This document shows positions 14,377 to 27,800 of a stretch of 64,000 nucleotides of DNA, one piece after another. The translations under genes were made by a program, and so were the position numbers. The notes beneath the pieces are model-generated. The model was given only the letters and a program-made list of their open reading frames with translations. It searched no databases and was not told the origin of the DNA. The first letter of the stretch is position 1, and every line of letters begins with the position of its first letter. The DNA is from Perna viridis (Eukaryota), in contig CM074511.1 of the NCBI GenBank assembly GCA_037379345.1, forward strand, positions 18,414,001-18,478,000. Reading direction: 5' to 3'.

Positions 14377-14500
14377 CCAAATATGGAAGCAATGCAATGC
14401 GTAGAATACACTTGTATTTACTGACAGAGTGAGGAAGTGATTAGTGCGTACTCTCAGAGGAATCTATGTGAGCCAATCTTATTACTGATTATTTATATAC
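14377..14500 (+). promoter_or_regulatory. Probable filamin promoter: CArG box, ETS-like site, CCAAT box, TATA-like element
   Basis: CCAAATATGG at 14377-14386, GAGGAAGTG at 14431, AGCCAATC at 14471 and TATTTATATA near 14490. These sit in CpG-retaining DNA just upstream of a strong donor at 14659. Confidence 0.55.
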
Positions 14501-14519
14501 CAGCCCTGTTTGGCTTAGA

Positions 14520-14658
14520 TTGTTGAAAATTTGTGTGTGGTGAGAGACAAACCGACTTGGTACAATAACATCTCCCTTTTCCTTGTCATCTCTTGGAGTA
14601 GGACAGGGCTGTATTCTGACCACCGGAACTAAGTTTCGGACTAGCTATTCTGACAAAA
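14520..14658 (+). other. FLNA: Probable non-coding first exon of filamin (start approximate)
   Basis: Ends in a consensus donor aaaa|GTAAGT at 14659. The ATG exon has its own acceptor (ttcacag| ending 18341), which implies an upstream exon. Confidence 0.5.
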
Positions 14659-15392
14659 GTAAGTTTATTTAATCGTTTTAAGATACACACGATTTAAAGA
14701 TTAAACTTTTTTTTTTATTTTTCTCGTCTCCTTAATTTGACGTCAGGTGGTCGTTATCGTCGACAATCACATATAAACAACTATCGATTTGTCATCGGTT
14801 ATCGGAATGGGACTATACCCGAGCCTGATCTGAGAACAAATTTTGTTTTATTTTGTCTTATCTGTGAGAATATTTTAAAACAACTTTTAACAAGACTATC
14901 AAACTGTTTGTAATCCGACATTTGAGACAAGTATTTTCAGGAAATGGAAGTGTTACATGCATTGTAAGTGTTACTCCTTAAAATAATTTGATGAGAAGAA
15001 TTTCTGTCGATGCTTACTGAATATCAAGATTTCCTCCTGTTAAAAGTAAAAAAAGAAGCGACGAAAATTTCTGTTGACATTTGTAGAGGTTAATATTTTA
15101 TATGCTCACTACAAGCTAACAGAAATAGAGAAAGTAACAAACTTGACTTGTCAGTATTTTACATAATGACGTGTGCTCTCTCTGAATTAATTCATTAAGT
15201 TATTCATATCAAACACAATACGCCAGCAGTGAGCTTGCCAATAACCAACAGCAATAAGGATCAGTACCGCTATATTAGGTTGACAGTATAGAATGACAGA
15301 TTGACGTTCACAAATCAAACAGAGTTATCACTCTTTTCCCGCAAAACGTCAAAGGTGTGATAATCGGCTCTTCTTTTATTGAGTATACGGAC

Positions 15393-15598
15393 CAGGGCCG
15401 TAGCCAGGCTTTCTGAACAAGGGGAGGGGTTGCGAACTGATCACTGATAGGCAATTTTACTTGGTTATCTGGTAGGATTTCTCTTTAATTACTGGGTAAG
15501 ATGTAAATCAATTTTTATTTTGTTTTTTTTTTTAATAAGGGGGTGGGGGGGGGGGGAGTGTGCTATCGCACCCGTCGCACCCCCTGGCTACGGCCCTG
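15393..15598. mobile_element. MITE with perfect 16-bp terminal inverted repeats
   Basis: CAGGGCCGTAGCCAGG ... CCTGGCTACGGCCCTG. Flanks cggac and tggac may be a 5-bp target-site duplication with one mismatch. Confidence 0.85.
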
Positions 15599-17364
15599 TG
15601 GACTCATAACACAGCTCAACGTGAACACGGGGATAATATTTTATGCCGAATGTCGAACTTAAGCAGTAAATTGACATTTTGAAAGTACCAAACTGAAAGA
15701 ACTCACTGATAAGAGATTTTTGTATACATAAATACAGCAGGTGCCTGCTTTTCATCAGATAACACGAGATTTTCTGACACACGCATCACGAACTGCAATG
15801 TCATACTTTGTATGTCTTACTAGTATTTTCTGAGATACCATTTAAAACAGTCTGTCGGTATGGTTTATTTTTAACTTCTCAGTCGTAGAAATATGTTTCT
15901 GACTTTGAGTGAATAAAAGATAAGGGACCCCGAGCTATGGATTTAGAACATATCTATACTTGAGATAACTATCTGGTAAGAAATAATATTAAAAAAATAG
16001 AAATAAAAATCCTCCCACCCGCACCATATTTTTTGTGATGGTTTGACGATAACCTACCATTTAGGTTTACTTGGCCTGATATCATTCGCCATTAACCATT
16101 GAGTCACCTCAAAAATCGACATTGTGAAAAAAAGAAGTGAATTTATAAATTAAAATCCAGTGTTAAGTTGACCTCTTGCCGGGTGGCACGAGCTTCCTCG
16201 TCGTTTGACCTCTTAGTGTGGCAAATAATTATGTAGACTACACAAGGTGAAATTATTGTTTCTATTAACAATGCCCAAGAAATTTGTCATTTAACTTAAA
16301 TTTCTTGCATGTTCAATACATGTTTTGCGGTTAATCTGTCGAACACATGTATAATACAATCCCCTCAGATGCATGTTTGACATATTGTGTGGAAATACAT
16401 GTACATTGCTGAGAATTGCCATCTTTCTGGTACTGTTGCGTTTGGATTTATCTCAGAAATACCAATTAACCCCATAGGTTACTGCCACTTTTGCGAAAAA
16501 CAGTTTGCATTAGACATGTAATAAATGTCTACATTCGAAAGATTTTGCTGGTTCCACGAGGAGAGAGATGAACACATCCGTTGTTAGTAACTTATTTCAA
16601 CTGTTTACAACTTTTTTTAAGCGAAATCCAGTCACCATTCGAAAACAACATACATAACTTACTGGGTCATTGATGATGACTGGGGGTTTTTACGGTCTTG
16701 ACTATCCTTACGGATCTCGCACGACCGCCCCTTACGGGGATTCTGTAAATAAATGTCTGTTAGTAGTTGGAGGCAGCGGAGCCCAGCCTTCGGGATACCC
16801 GATCGAAGAACTCAGTCAGAGTATGGGGCTGGCATACTCCCAGACCCCACGTGGGTCCGAGAGCGTTTCCCCACTCTAAATGTTTGGGAGTACGTAAACG
16901 TGTAGAGTCGGGTCATTGAAACCATACACAGGTAACTTATAGTACAAATATGATACAATTTCAAATCTGACCAATGAAATGTTATCAAACACTAGCGGTT
17001 CCAGACTCCCGAAAAGGGGTGAAGGCTACAGTGATGTCCAGTGATTTTCTATTTGAACCTAACTTTATATTCTAAGAGTTAAGCTTCATTTTGCCTTTGT
17101 CAATTCTTACTAATACAGGTCAAACAGAAGTCCAATATATATTATTTCGGGTCTATGCCTGGATCTACGTACAGTATAAAATCAGGATTTAAATAATAAT
17201 GTCCTCATATGCCCAGCTTTGATCATGACAATACCTTTTCAATAGGTAGATACATGTAATATAATCAGTTTCTTAAGTTATGTTTTAACAAGGGTCGGAC
17301 CTTTTTGAACTGATTTTAAGTGAACTTAATTGTGTGATATTTTTTTCCACAGTGGCCATATTTA

Positions 17365-17688
17365 AAAAGAGCTAGGAGGGATGTGATCACGCCAAAGTAA
17401 TACCCCGTCGCATTTTTGCGCCTATCCCAAGTCAGGAATTTCTGGCCTCTGCCTGTCTTGTTTAGTTTTTACATTCAATTTTCTTTTATGTTGCTGGAGT
17501 CTTTAAAAGTAACTTTTTCGCTGTACCTTTGTATAATGTTGTTTTTGGTCCAGCTGCAGCCTGTCCTGTGGTGTGATGGTTTCCTCGTCGTTCATTGATG
17601 ACTCATGGGTGGCCTTGAGCTGACATTTTTCATTCCGATGGGGGTTGTTGTCTCTTTGACACATTCACTATATCCATTTTCGTTATAT
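17365..17688 (+). mobile_element. Nin/Deu-domain SINE fragment (Mytilus-type)
   Basis: ccccgtcgcatttttgcgcctatcccaagtcagga...ctggcct and the 3' end ggtggcctt...gggttgttgtctctttgacacattc match an abundant mussel SINE as I recall it. Confidence 0.7.
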
Positions 17689-18478
17689 GTAACGAACTGT
17701 TCAAGGGGCGTACACAACCAACGGCTTTATTTTTTTTTATCAAAGAAATAGCTTTAACTCATTGTATTCCGGGTTTATTTTCCGTCGAAATTTTAGGGGG
17801 GAATGGAATGATGGAAAAATAAACAACAACCATACGAATTAAAAACCACTTAAAGATATGTCCTTGCGGAAATCTGTCGATGTAATCCAATTTATCACGC
17901 GTGGTACCAGTCAGGCGCACTACGTATAGTGTGTCCTCCCGTTTAACTGTTTTTCTAGTTTGTAATGAGGTAAGTTCTACTTTTAGAAAAAGTCTGCACG
18001 GTTTTCCAAATCAATGATAAATTGGCTTTAAGTTTTAACAAAATTAGATCACTTACCGTGGCCGGATTAGCGTGTATCCGACACTCGCGCGCACACATGA
18101 GCTCAATAGATTAAACCCAACAGTGATCCGTTTTGTTAGTTTGCATGAAAAATACAGAAACTATTATTGTCAATTTCAAATAACTACAGATGACAATTAC
18201 ATATATAAGTGCGATGTTAAGTGTTTTCCTCTGTGTTTTCATGCTTTACATACTTTAGTATTTAGCTGACCTTCCTTTTAGTACAAAACAATACGTGCTT
18301 GTACAAGTACTGATGTCAAATATTTTCTGTTCATTTCACAGGTTAGTCAGAAGTAGACAAGACCAGCATTAATTAGCGTAGACTGACCAGCAGGGAGCGA
18401 ACACAGCGCCCACCAACAGCTTTTCTGAATTATTCATTTAAAACCACTCAAGCGTAAAACCACCTATATAAATCAACC

Positions 18479-18818
18479 ATGGCCCAAAGCGAGGCACAAT
18501 ATTACGACGACGAGGAGGACGAAGAGATGCCTATGACGGAGAGAGATCTCGCTGATGATGCTCAGTGGAAATTAATCCAAAAAAACACCTTTACAAGATG
18601 GGCAAATGAGCATCTTAAAACCGTTAATAAAGGAATTGCTGATTTAGAAACCGATCTTTCTGATGGATTAAGATTAATAGCTCTGGTTGAAGTTTTATCC
18701 GGCAAAAAATTCAAACATGTCAACAGAAGACCCAACTTCAGGACCCAAAAATTAGAGAATGTCACCAGAGTTTTAGAGTTTTTAGAGAGAGATGAAGGCA
18801 TTAGGATTGTAAATATAG
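18479..18818 (+). CDS. FLNA: Filamin coding exon 1 (CH1); the exon starts at 18342 including 5' UTR
   Basis: aaccATGg start; [46 protein letters not shown]...IRIVNI; donor g|gtaagg, phase 1. Confidence 0.95.
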
Positions 18819-21800
18819 GTAAGGGGAAGTTTTTGTTTATTTTTGCATGTTTGCCGGTAAATCAGTTAAGCATTGACACACCTGTATTTTCGTTTGTGAT
18901 TGACTGAGTCAAAGTGAAACTAGGATATATTTAGAACTGTTCGCACCTGCTCGACCTGGGCTAATTGGGTAAAGTACTACTGTAATAAAAGGCACACTAA
19001 AACAAAATATAAACATTATTTAATGACTTAATGACACACGCAGGTTTCTACCTGTAATCACGTCATACATGACGAATTGTTATTGTTTACCTGTATTATA
19101 AAGGTGTGCATGTCTTTCCAATACACATAATTGGGAATGTGCTGATGATGAGAGTTATAAAATTATAAACAATTTTCAATTCACTATACACTTACAAGCT
19201 AGTTGTTAACATCAACAACAAAAATAACACTTGGACATTTTCATGAAATATTTAAATTGTGAAATAATATGAGATTGTCAGTGTACTGGAAAAGTTTAAT
19301 TTTAATTGTAACATTCAAAGCAATCATTCAATTTGCATATACATGTACATGTATATTGTAACTATATATTTATTAAGTTAATGACTCCTAGTTTAGAAAC
19401 TTGTACATAAGATCTACATTGTTTATGTACTAGTTTCTAAACAAGGATTGAAAGAAAGTGTTATGCTTAAATCAAAAGATTTGCATTGAATACACCAATA
19501 CTTAAACTATTTAATATCAATTCAATAACTGTCCCTTTAGACCCCAGCCCAGTGTGAAATTCATTTTATTGGAATTTAATTTAATTTTGAAAATTATCTG
19601 TTACCTGTTAAAAATCTGGAGATAAAAGGAAATAAATCACTTGTACCTAATAATTTGTTGCCTGTCTGACAATGAAGTCTACCTACCAACCTAACCTACT
19701 GTTAGGGATGAGATCAATCCGTAGGAAATCAGTATTTAAATTTAGATGGAGCATTAGATCTATGATACCCCACAACACAAGTACATTAAAATACCATAAA
19801 ACTCCATGAATTATTTAAAGGGGTGTTACTACATGTAATAGACTTTTTGTATCTAAGTTCTGATTGAAAGAATAGTGTATGCCCTAACTTGGAATTATAC
19901 AGCTGTCAAACTTTCTACCTGATACCGTGACAGAGCTCCATGTTCATGGCAAGGTCTCGCCTAGTCTTACACCTTTTATCAAAATAAGATAAATCAGAGC
20001 TCTTTTATAGTGTATTGTTATTTTAGCCCTGAACATGCCAGTTTTATATGATCTGGTTGCAATTCTGTCCGGTGATATAAAAATACAAAATTCTTTTCTT
20101 TATTCATTCAAATTTCTGATTCAGAATTTAAAACCCTCCTTAACTCAATACAGTAAGAAGCTGTATAAATATCTGTTCACCTGTGAGTCAGATTTTCATT
20201 TCGAAAGTAAAATGATTTGTGTAAAATGATATGGAGACCTTTGTCATCAGGGTCAACTAATATACCATTTGTAAAGGTTACTTTACATTTGACATTAATA
20301 TTTTTGGAGAATTTGATATTTATTCTGACTTGGTACATGTACATGTTCAGGATTTGACTCAAGCTAGTACTCTAAAACAGAGAAAAGAGTTAGAAGTGTG
20401 TAATTATCTGTTTTCCTGTACCAGTTTTTAGGATTCTTGGTGCTCTTATTCTTCATGAAACTTAGAATGGTTTTAATCAAGTCTTCAAAATATATTTTTT
20501 TCTAAGATCAAAGATTGAAGCATATTAAAAATTCTTGTAAATGTATTTAAATTTATGAGCTGAATCACTTAACAGGCCCGAATTTACAATGGTACATGCA
20601 TAAACATTTTTACATTTGTGGTTCATAGACAATCTTGGGAGGTAGGGCAATTGAGTTGTAAAGCTGTTGGATTTTTAGCCCTCTAGTAAATGTTAGTTCC
20701 CCTGGCAATATTTTGTATCGATTACACATAGGTGTCTTACAGAGGTAAAAGTAAAGAAAAATTCCAACTTTTTGCAGTGTAATTATGTTTTATCTTCTGA
20801 GAATTAAGATGTCTCTAAAAACCTCATGACGTCTTCATGGGAATTGTTTTTTGCATCCTGTGTTTTATGTAGCATCATAGATAAATATTTAAAATTGCCT
20901 TGAAAAACAATACATGGAAGATATGGTGTATGTAATGTTGCTTCTAATACTCCATAAATTTGAAGGAGATAAGTGCAGTCATAAGTGTTTGTGTTCAGAC
21001 TTTTGTATTAAGATACTTAGGTCTCATATCATGGTGCAGGATGCTTGAATAATAATCGGTAACATAAAAAAATGTTACATACTGACTAGGATGATCTAAA
21101 AACTACTGTAAGCTTTTTGAGTTGCATACCATTAAAATTTGGTCTTATAAGCAAACCTAGAGTGGCAGACCAGGGGGAAGGGGAGATGATGAGGACTTGG
21201 CACACCCTTTGAATTTTGTTAATTTGGGGCAAGATTTTGATTGCCATCATATTACTCAACAGATTGATTTTGAATAAGTCCAATGCAATATTTTTTAACA
21301 GCTTTGTTACTGGCACATTCCTCCATACTCAATAATTTCTGAGTAAATGGGAATCTTAATCACTCAGGTAGAAAATCATATCCATTTACGTATCTGCCAT
21401 AAAAATCTGTTACTGAAATTGAAAATCTATCTTTATATGATACTGTTTATGGTAAAAAGCATCACAAATACATTAATGTCAAATACATACATCCAGGTCA
21501 GAGTTTATTCATAAAAAAATCTATTGTTAGGTCAACAGAAAGTGAAAGAACAAAGGATTGGAAAAGTTGTAGATGGGAGGGTAAAATTAAAAAAAAACAT
21601 TAACAGAGCACTTATAGAATTTATATTCAAAATATTTTTGTTCAGTCATTGGAAGATTTGGGGACAGGTTAACTGCAGTCAAAGCAATATATGGAATTAT
21701 ATCCCACTCTGATATTTGTGTTTCTGTCATGAGTATGAAAATAACCAGGAGAGCAGTAGCAAAGAAGCTTTTTTGGTTTTAAAAGACAGTGACATAGATA

Positions 21801-24800
21801 ACATTGGTAGCAATGAAATTCTACTTTGGTTAATTCTGTAGAATAGTGTTAACCTTAGAATTACTTGATGTTATGAACATAATGCCAGGGGCCTTGTATA
21901 CAGTTCTTACATTGGTACCTAAGGTCTTTTAATAAATGAATAGTTTATTAGGTCTAAATGACATCACACATGGTTTTACTGACCATTTATAGTTTGTAAT
22001 GACACCTAACAGACCATCTAATTGTCACAGTATCACTTCTGGCCTGATCACTTACTAGGATTATTCCAAAGGTGAATGATTTGGTTTATTACCAGGAACA
22101 TTATCATAAACAAGGAATATACCTGTACATGTAGTGAGAAATATCAATGGTCATTTGTTTTTTTTTACTTCAGTGTTTTATATGTGCTTTAGAACAAACT
22201 CCTAGAACTCCCAATGGTAGCCCAGGTTCAGTAGGAAGTAAATGCTTGGTTATGGTATATGTTCTGATTTAGATCCCTAAGGACCATGACCCATGTCAAG
22301 CTGTAGCCTACTTAGACTGCATGATCTTCAACATTTCTCTCCTTTTTCTCTCTTTTGCTGATTGAAAATTGAGTGCTGAAGAGAGACCTACATGTATTAT
22401 GGCTACAGCTGTCCCTTGGGTATGAGTAACTACTTCAGTACTAGTTGATTACATTATTTATAGAGTGTGTATAGTAATTAATTAATGTAATGTATAATTG
22501 AACTCCATATGGTATAAATCTGTTAATCATTGTCTTGTTGTGAATTAAAAACAGTCGGGTATGCTTCATCAATTGATGGGTCAATATAATCAGCTGGAAT
22601 AAACCCATGTGTTTCCTTATTGTTGAATGTAGCATATTTACTGTCTATGACCTAAATAGCAATTACATGTACATTCACAGTGCTTATTTGGTTAGCTCAG
22701 ATTAGCTTATTAGCTTTTCCCAGATAGCCTTGTGATTTCACCACTGTATTTAATGCACATCTGTTTATAACCCGGGAGTAATTGCATCTTTTATGTACAG
22801 GTTCAAACTTAAAAAAATGATAAGTAAATCCAATGTCTGAAAACCTGCATTCTTTGTAAAAGTGCTTAAGGATTCTAGGTTGACCTTCAGCTTTACATCT
22901 TAACTGGGACTTGATAAAAGACCTCTATTCCAGCCATAGGTCTCTTTTGCATGTACTCACAAGTAACTTTTTTCAAGTATTTTGAAAAAATAATACATGT
23001 AGATAACCTACCCTTAGATCTCAATGTTAATTTCATGCACTCATTAGTCAATTACAATCAAAGTAGGAAATACCATCAGTAAACATCAACATGACTTTGG
23101 CTTTATTTGTTCAGTATTTATTTTCACACTCCTGTTATTTGTCTTGTTCCTTGATTCAGTATTAATCTCTAACAAGTGGTCTAAAGTACTTGGTCAGTTT
23201 TGGTGAATGAAGTTTCTATTTTAGAGTTTTAATAGGATTATTCAGGCTTTTAGTCAGGATATGTTCTGTATTGTTAGGTGATAATACATGTATTACAAAT
23301 TGTTTATATCAGCCTGGATAGTTGACTGAAAGGAGTAAGTAGTGAAGGTCACAATGACAAAAAGGCCAAACTACTAAGTCTGTCCCTAAGCTCACCAGTG
23401 GTTGGTACTACATGTGCTACAGTGAACATACACTGACACTAGATCAAATGGGTTAACTATATAAGAGGGATTTGTCGCTTTACTTCAGTTTTGTAGATGC
23501 ATAAACAAGAATTTACCTTGACTGGAAAAATGGATACTACTTTAGCAAATAAAAATGTCTCTCCTATGATCGGACTTCAATTCAAGGTCAGCCATAAGAT
23601 ACATTGTATTGAAAAGTTATGAAAAGAACGAATAACAGTCCTGCTGAGAAAATTTAACAAAACTTTAAAACCATGTTATAAATTTTATTCTTGTGTATCC
23701 ATAGCATATTACATAAATTATATGGTAGGTTTTTCTAGTTACATCAGAGATGGCCAGTTCATTTGTTACCTTATAATTATACCTGTGGTGACAACAATAC
23801 AATCACATGAGGCAGAAGTCTGGGGCCGGTAGTGTAAAACAGCAGTTAAATGTCCTTGACATTCATATCGTGCTTTAGAATTTTGTTTGGAATATCTGAC
23901 CTTCACATGTTACACACCCAAATCTGTTTGTTACATTACTGCATATGGTTGCAGTGGAAATGAATTGTAGGTCTTTTTCTGTCTAGAAAGAGCATTGCCT
24001 GTTTTTTGAATTTGTACTGAAGATTCTGGGTCAAATAGTGATTTTATTTATTTATCAAATATTCTTGGATAAGTTTTGGATGATTTTTAAAAATATTCTT
24101 TGCCAAGAGAAACCTCTGGAACCCACCCTTTTGTTGGGAATTTTAGTTAATTTTATGCAAAGTTTTGGCAAAAACATGCAAATCCTCCTTTTATAAAAAA
24201 AAAATGGCTTAAAGACATATTTACATTAACTTGTATTTCATGTGTTAGCGATACTATAGGAAAGTAGTTGAGAATTTTGATTTCTTTGGAATTAACTTTT
24301 CAATAACTTACTAAAGTGCAGAGGACCAACAAAAAAGAAGGTAATGAATTCTATGAAACAGGAATTCAGTTTAAAATTTAGGTCACTGTCCTTGTATTTA
24401 GATGTTACTTACCAGTATTATGTTTTGGAACACTAAATTGGAAAATTTAAATAGTTTTCTATAAATATTACCTAACCCATAGGCATGTTTGAATATACAT
24501 GTATGTATTTTCTATTAAACAAGAAAATTACATTTCATTTTTACAGGTAAATTTTCAGCAATTTTTCAATTTAATTTATTGGTGACAAGCTCATACCATA
24601 CCTATTGGTAAATTATGTACGCTTTTGCACACCTGTACATCCAATGTAAACTATATCATTCATGTCTCCCAGTTACCCAACCATGCAATTACCAAATATG
24701 GCATTAAAACCACTATACTACAAGATATCAATGTGGTCTACCTAGGCTTGGCATCTGACAAGTTTTGAGTGGCTAGAAAATTTGCTTATATAACTTTTAT

Positions 24801-27800
24801 AAGAAAGGGATTTTTTTCTTTTGGATTTTGTGAGGATATTGAACAGCTTAAATTGAAAAGAGGGGCAAGGATATTACAATGCAATGATAAACAGAGCATC
24901 ACTGTTAACATCAAGGACTTTAAAGATGACATCGGTTTTGTCAGATTATAATAAAAAAATTCTTGTATAGGTTTGCAAAACAAATGTAGATACATGTACA
25001 TGCAATTATACATTCTGTCATTAAAGTAGATTATATAAACAAGCTCCAAGTTTCTTTCTGTTTCTGCAAAAGGTTTTGCTTCTGTCAAGTGTCATTTCAT
25101 GCTTGATACTAAAAATCAAATCCTTCAGTTTGCTATGTATCAAATGTACCCAGAAGTTCTATTTTGTTTTCCAAGGTCATCAATTGACAATTTTGATGCT
25201 CATCCATTCAAATAAAGCCCACTGGGTGTAGACCATAGATCTACAGTGTGTATCATGCATCATTATGTAGCATCTGTGTTACCTAGATATAATCTTCAAT
25301 TTCACCTTTATACATGTACTTATATTAAATGAATCAAGGAAATTTCAATTTGACCAGAATAATTCTTACCTTTACAACCTTTTAATCTTTGAGTTATCAA
25401 AGTGATTGTTTGGTGATATGAGATACAGTCCTGCTAGTTTATTTACTCTGTTTTTCTGACTGTCATAATTGAAGAAGGGACTTTATATTTATGCCAAAAA
25501 GTATGATTCATTGTTTACACTTGATACATAAAAAAGAGATGTATCAGATGTGCTGTTTTTTGTGGGTCTTAAGTTTAATCTTTTCTATGCTTATGTTTGA
25601 AAAAAAAAACTCCTTATAAGCTTTCCTTGTTATTTTATTATGGTATATGTACTTCTCAATTGCTGAACCTTCCTGTAACTCTAGACATGTGACATGTTGC
25701 TATCTAATACTATGTACATGTATCTATCAAAAACATATAACCTTTATCCTTCTGTAATGCTAAATATTTGCAAATTTAGTTCTTGTAATGTTTTTTTTAT
25801 ATTACAGAAAGACTTGGGCAAGGTTTCTATAACCCTTGAAAGTTGCCAAAATATGAATGCTTCATTTGTGATCATAATGGTTAATTTGATATATATCAAA
25901 ACCTTGTTCTGTGGTTGAATGAAATTAGACTTAATTTGAAACTGATTAAAAGCCCACCCAACATGAGTGAAATAGTGATCACTATGGGGAATGTCATGTT
26001 CACTGACAACATAAATATACCAGTGAAATACCATTGCTTTCAAAAACATGTACATGTATTTCGGGTTTCTTTAAATCTGACTTTAGATAGTCATGTCTCA
26101 TTTAAACTTGATTATATGGAGCTTTAATTCCATTTCTCTTCCAACAAATTCTATCTTTCTTTCATTATACAATTCAAAATATTTTTGCAATTCTTTTCTA
26201 CAGCAAATTTCATGGAATTGTAAGGCTGCATAACAATTTGATCGTCATCCATTAGCTAATCTCAATCTGTAGATGCTCACATCTTCTGCAGGTTTCTTTA
26301 ATATATAAGTGTATGGTTTATCATTAAATCTGACATGCTTGTTGGTTAAATGAGAAATTTTACTGAATGATTAGGTATACTTTAAATTGATTAATAGGCA
26401 AACAAATGGGTTCATTGAACAGTATATCTCAGAAATTTGTAGACTAAACATGACCTTATAATGTATACATGAGTAAGTAAATGATTGTGTCAACACATAA
26501 TTAATGGATGTTTTCAGCATGTTTAAGAGCTTTAATATTTCAATAAGAAATTTACATACAAAATAGAAAGAACAAAGGCTACAGAGCAAAACAGAACAAA
26601 ATAATTTTACACTTGGTCACAATTTTTATGCTAATGCACCCAAAGAAAATTTATTTGTGTAAGGGAGGTTACTCTCTATTCCTACATAGAAGTATTCAAC
26701 ACCGATAACTGAACTCGGTATTCAACCTTGAGACTTCTGGCAGGGCACCAGATCAGTTTTTTGATCGGCAATTGTTTGTTATGTTTTCTTCTTGGCAATG
26801 AAGTTTCATCATCATCACAGCATTCTTCATCACTGATGACTTCTATAGGCTGCAGGATCATGCCTTGTAACTACCTAAACTTATAATTACATTTGATTAT
26901 AATGAGGATGAACAAGTATTCTGTACATGTGCCTATCTCTTTTTGATGAAGAATCAGTTTTACTGCTGTATCAGATTATACCTTTGTGGTATACTTTTTG
27001 CTTGATGTCTTGCTGTGTAGTACAGTAATGGATTGTTATATGTATTTTTGTAAGAGGCTGGTGAAACAATTATCTGCAGATCTTGTCTATTTTACATATT
27101 GCTGTTTCGATCTTCCCTGTTATTGGCTATGGTTCTGTTTCATGATATAACAGTATTATATTCTTAGTTTTCATAACAACATTTGAATACCTCTTTATAG
27201 TCAATCTCGTCATATAGTTGCATTTTTGGGTTAGGAAAACTAATTATGAAATGGCGTGAAAAGCAAATATCTGTTTTAAAATTCACAAGTATTTTATCTC
27301 TGAAGTTTTTGAGTTTCGAAGGGTCATATTCAAGTTTGCTTAGGTATCAAAGATTGAAATTCATGCAGATTTAACTTGCGTGGGCTTAAACTGATAAATC
27401 AACTTTTTTGCACTCCACCTAGTTATGGTTATAACTAATGGTATGTCATAGCCACGTTTTATAAATTTAATGCATTTCTGATCATTCTGTTTACTTATTG
27501 GATTTAAGTACATAAAACAGACCAGATTTTTTACAGATGATACAAATCTTTGAGATTCCATATTCATGTGGAAATTTACATTTAGTATTTAGATTTTTGT
27601 GTAAAAAATCAGATGGTTCATTGAATGTGTTTTTATCTTAATCTATGATTTATGAGGTTCTGAAGATAAAGGTTAAGGTCATTCTAATACCTGTGCTCAA
27701 AAGGAAGAATTAAACTAAAGAAAAGGTCTTTTGATATAGTTCAAGTACTTGTATGGAGTTTATACACTGCTCATAAATAAGTTTCAATTTGTTTAAGATG

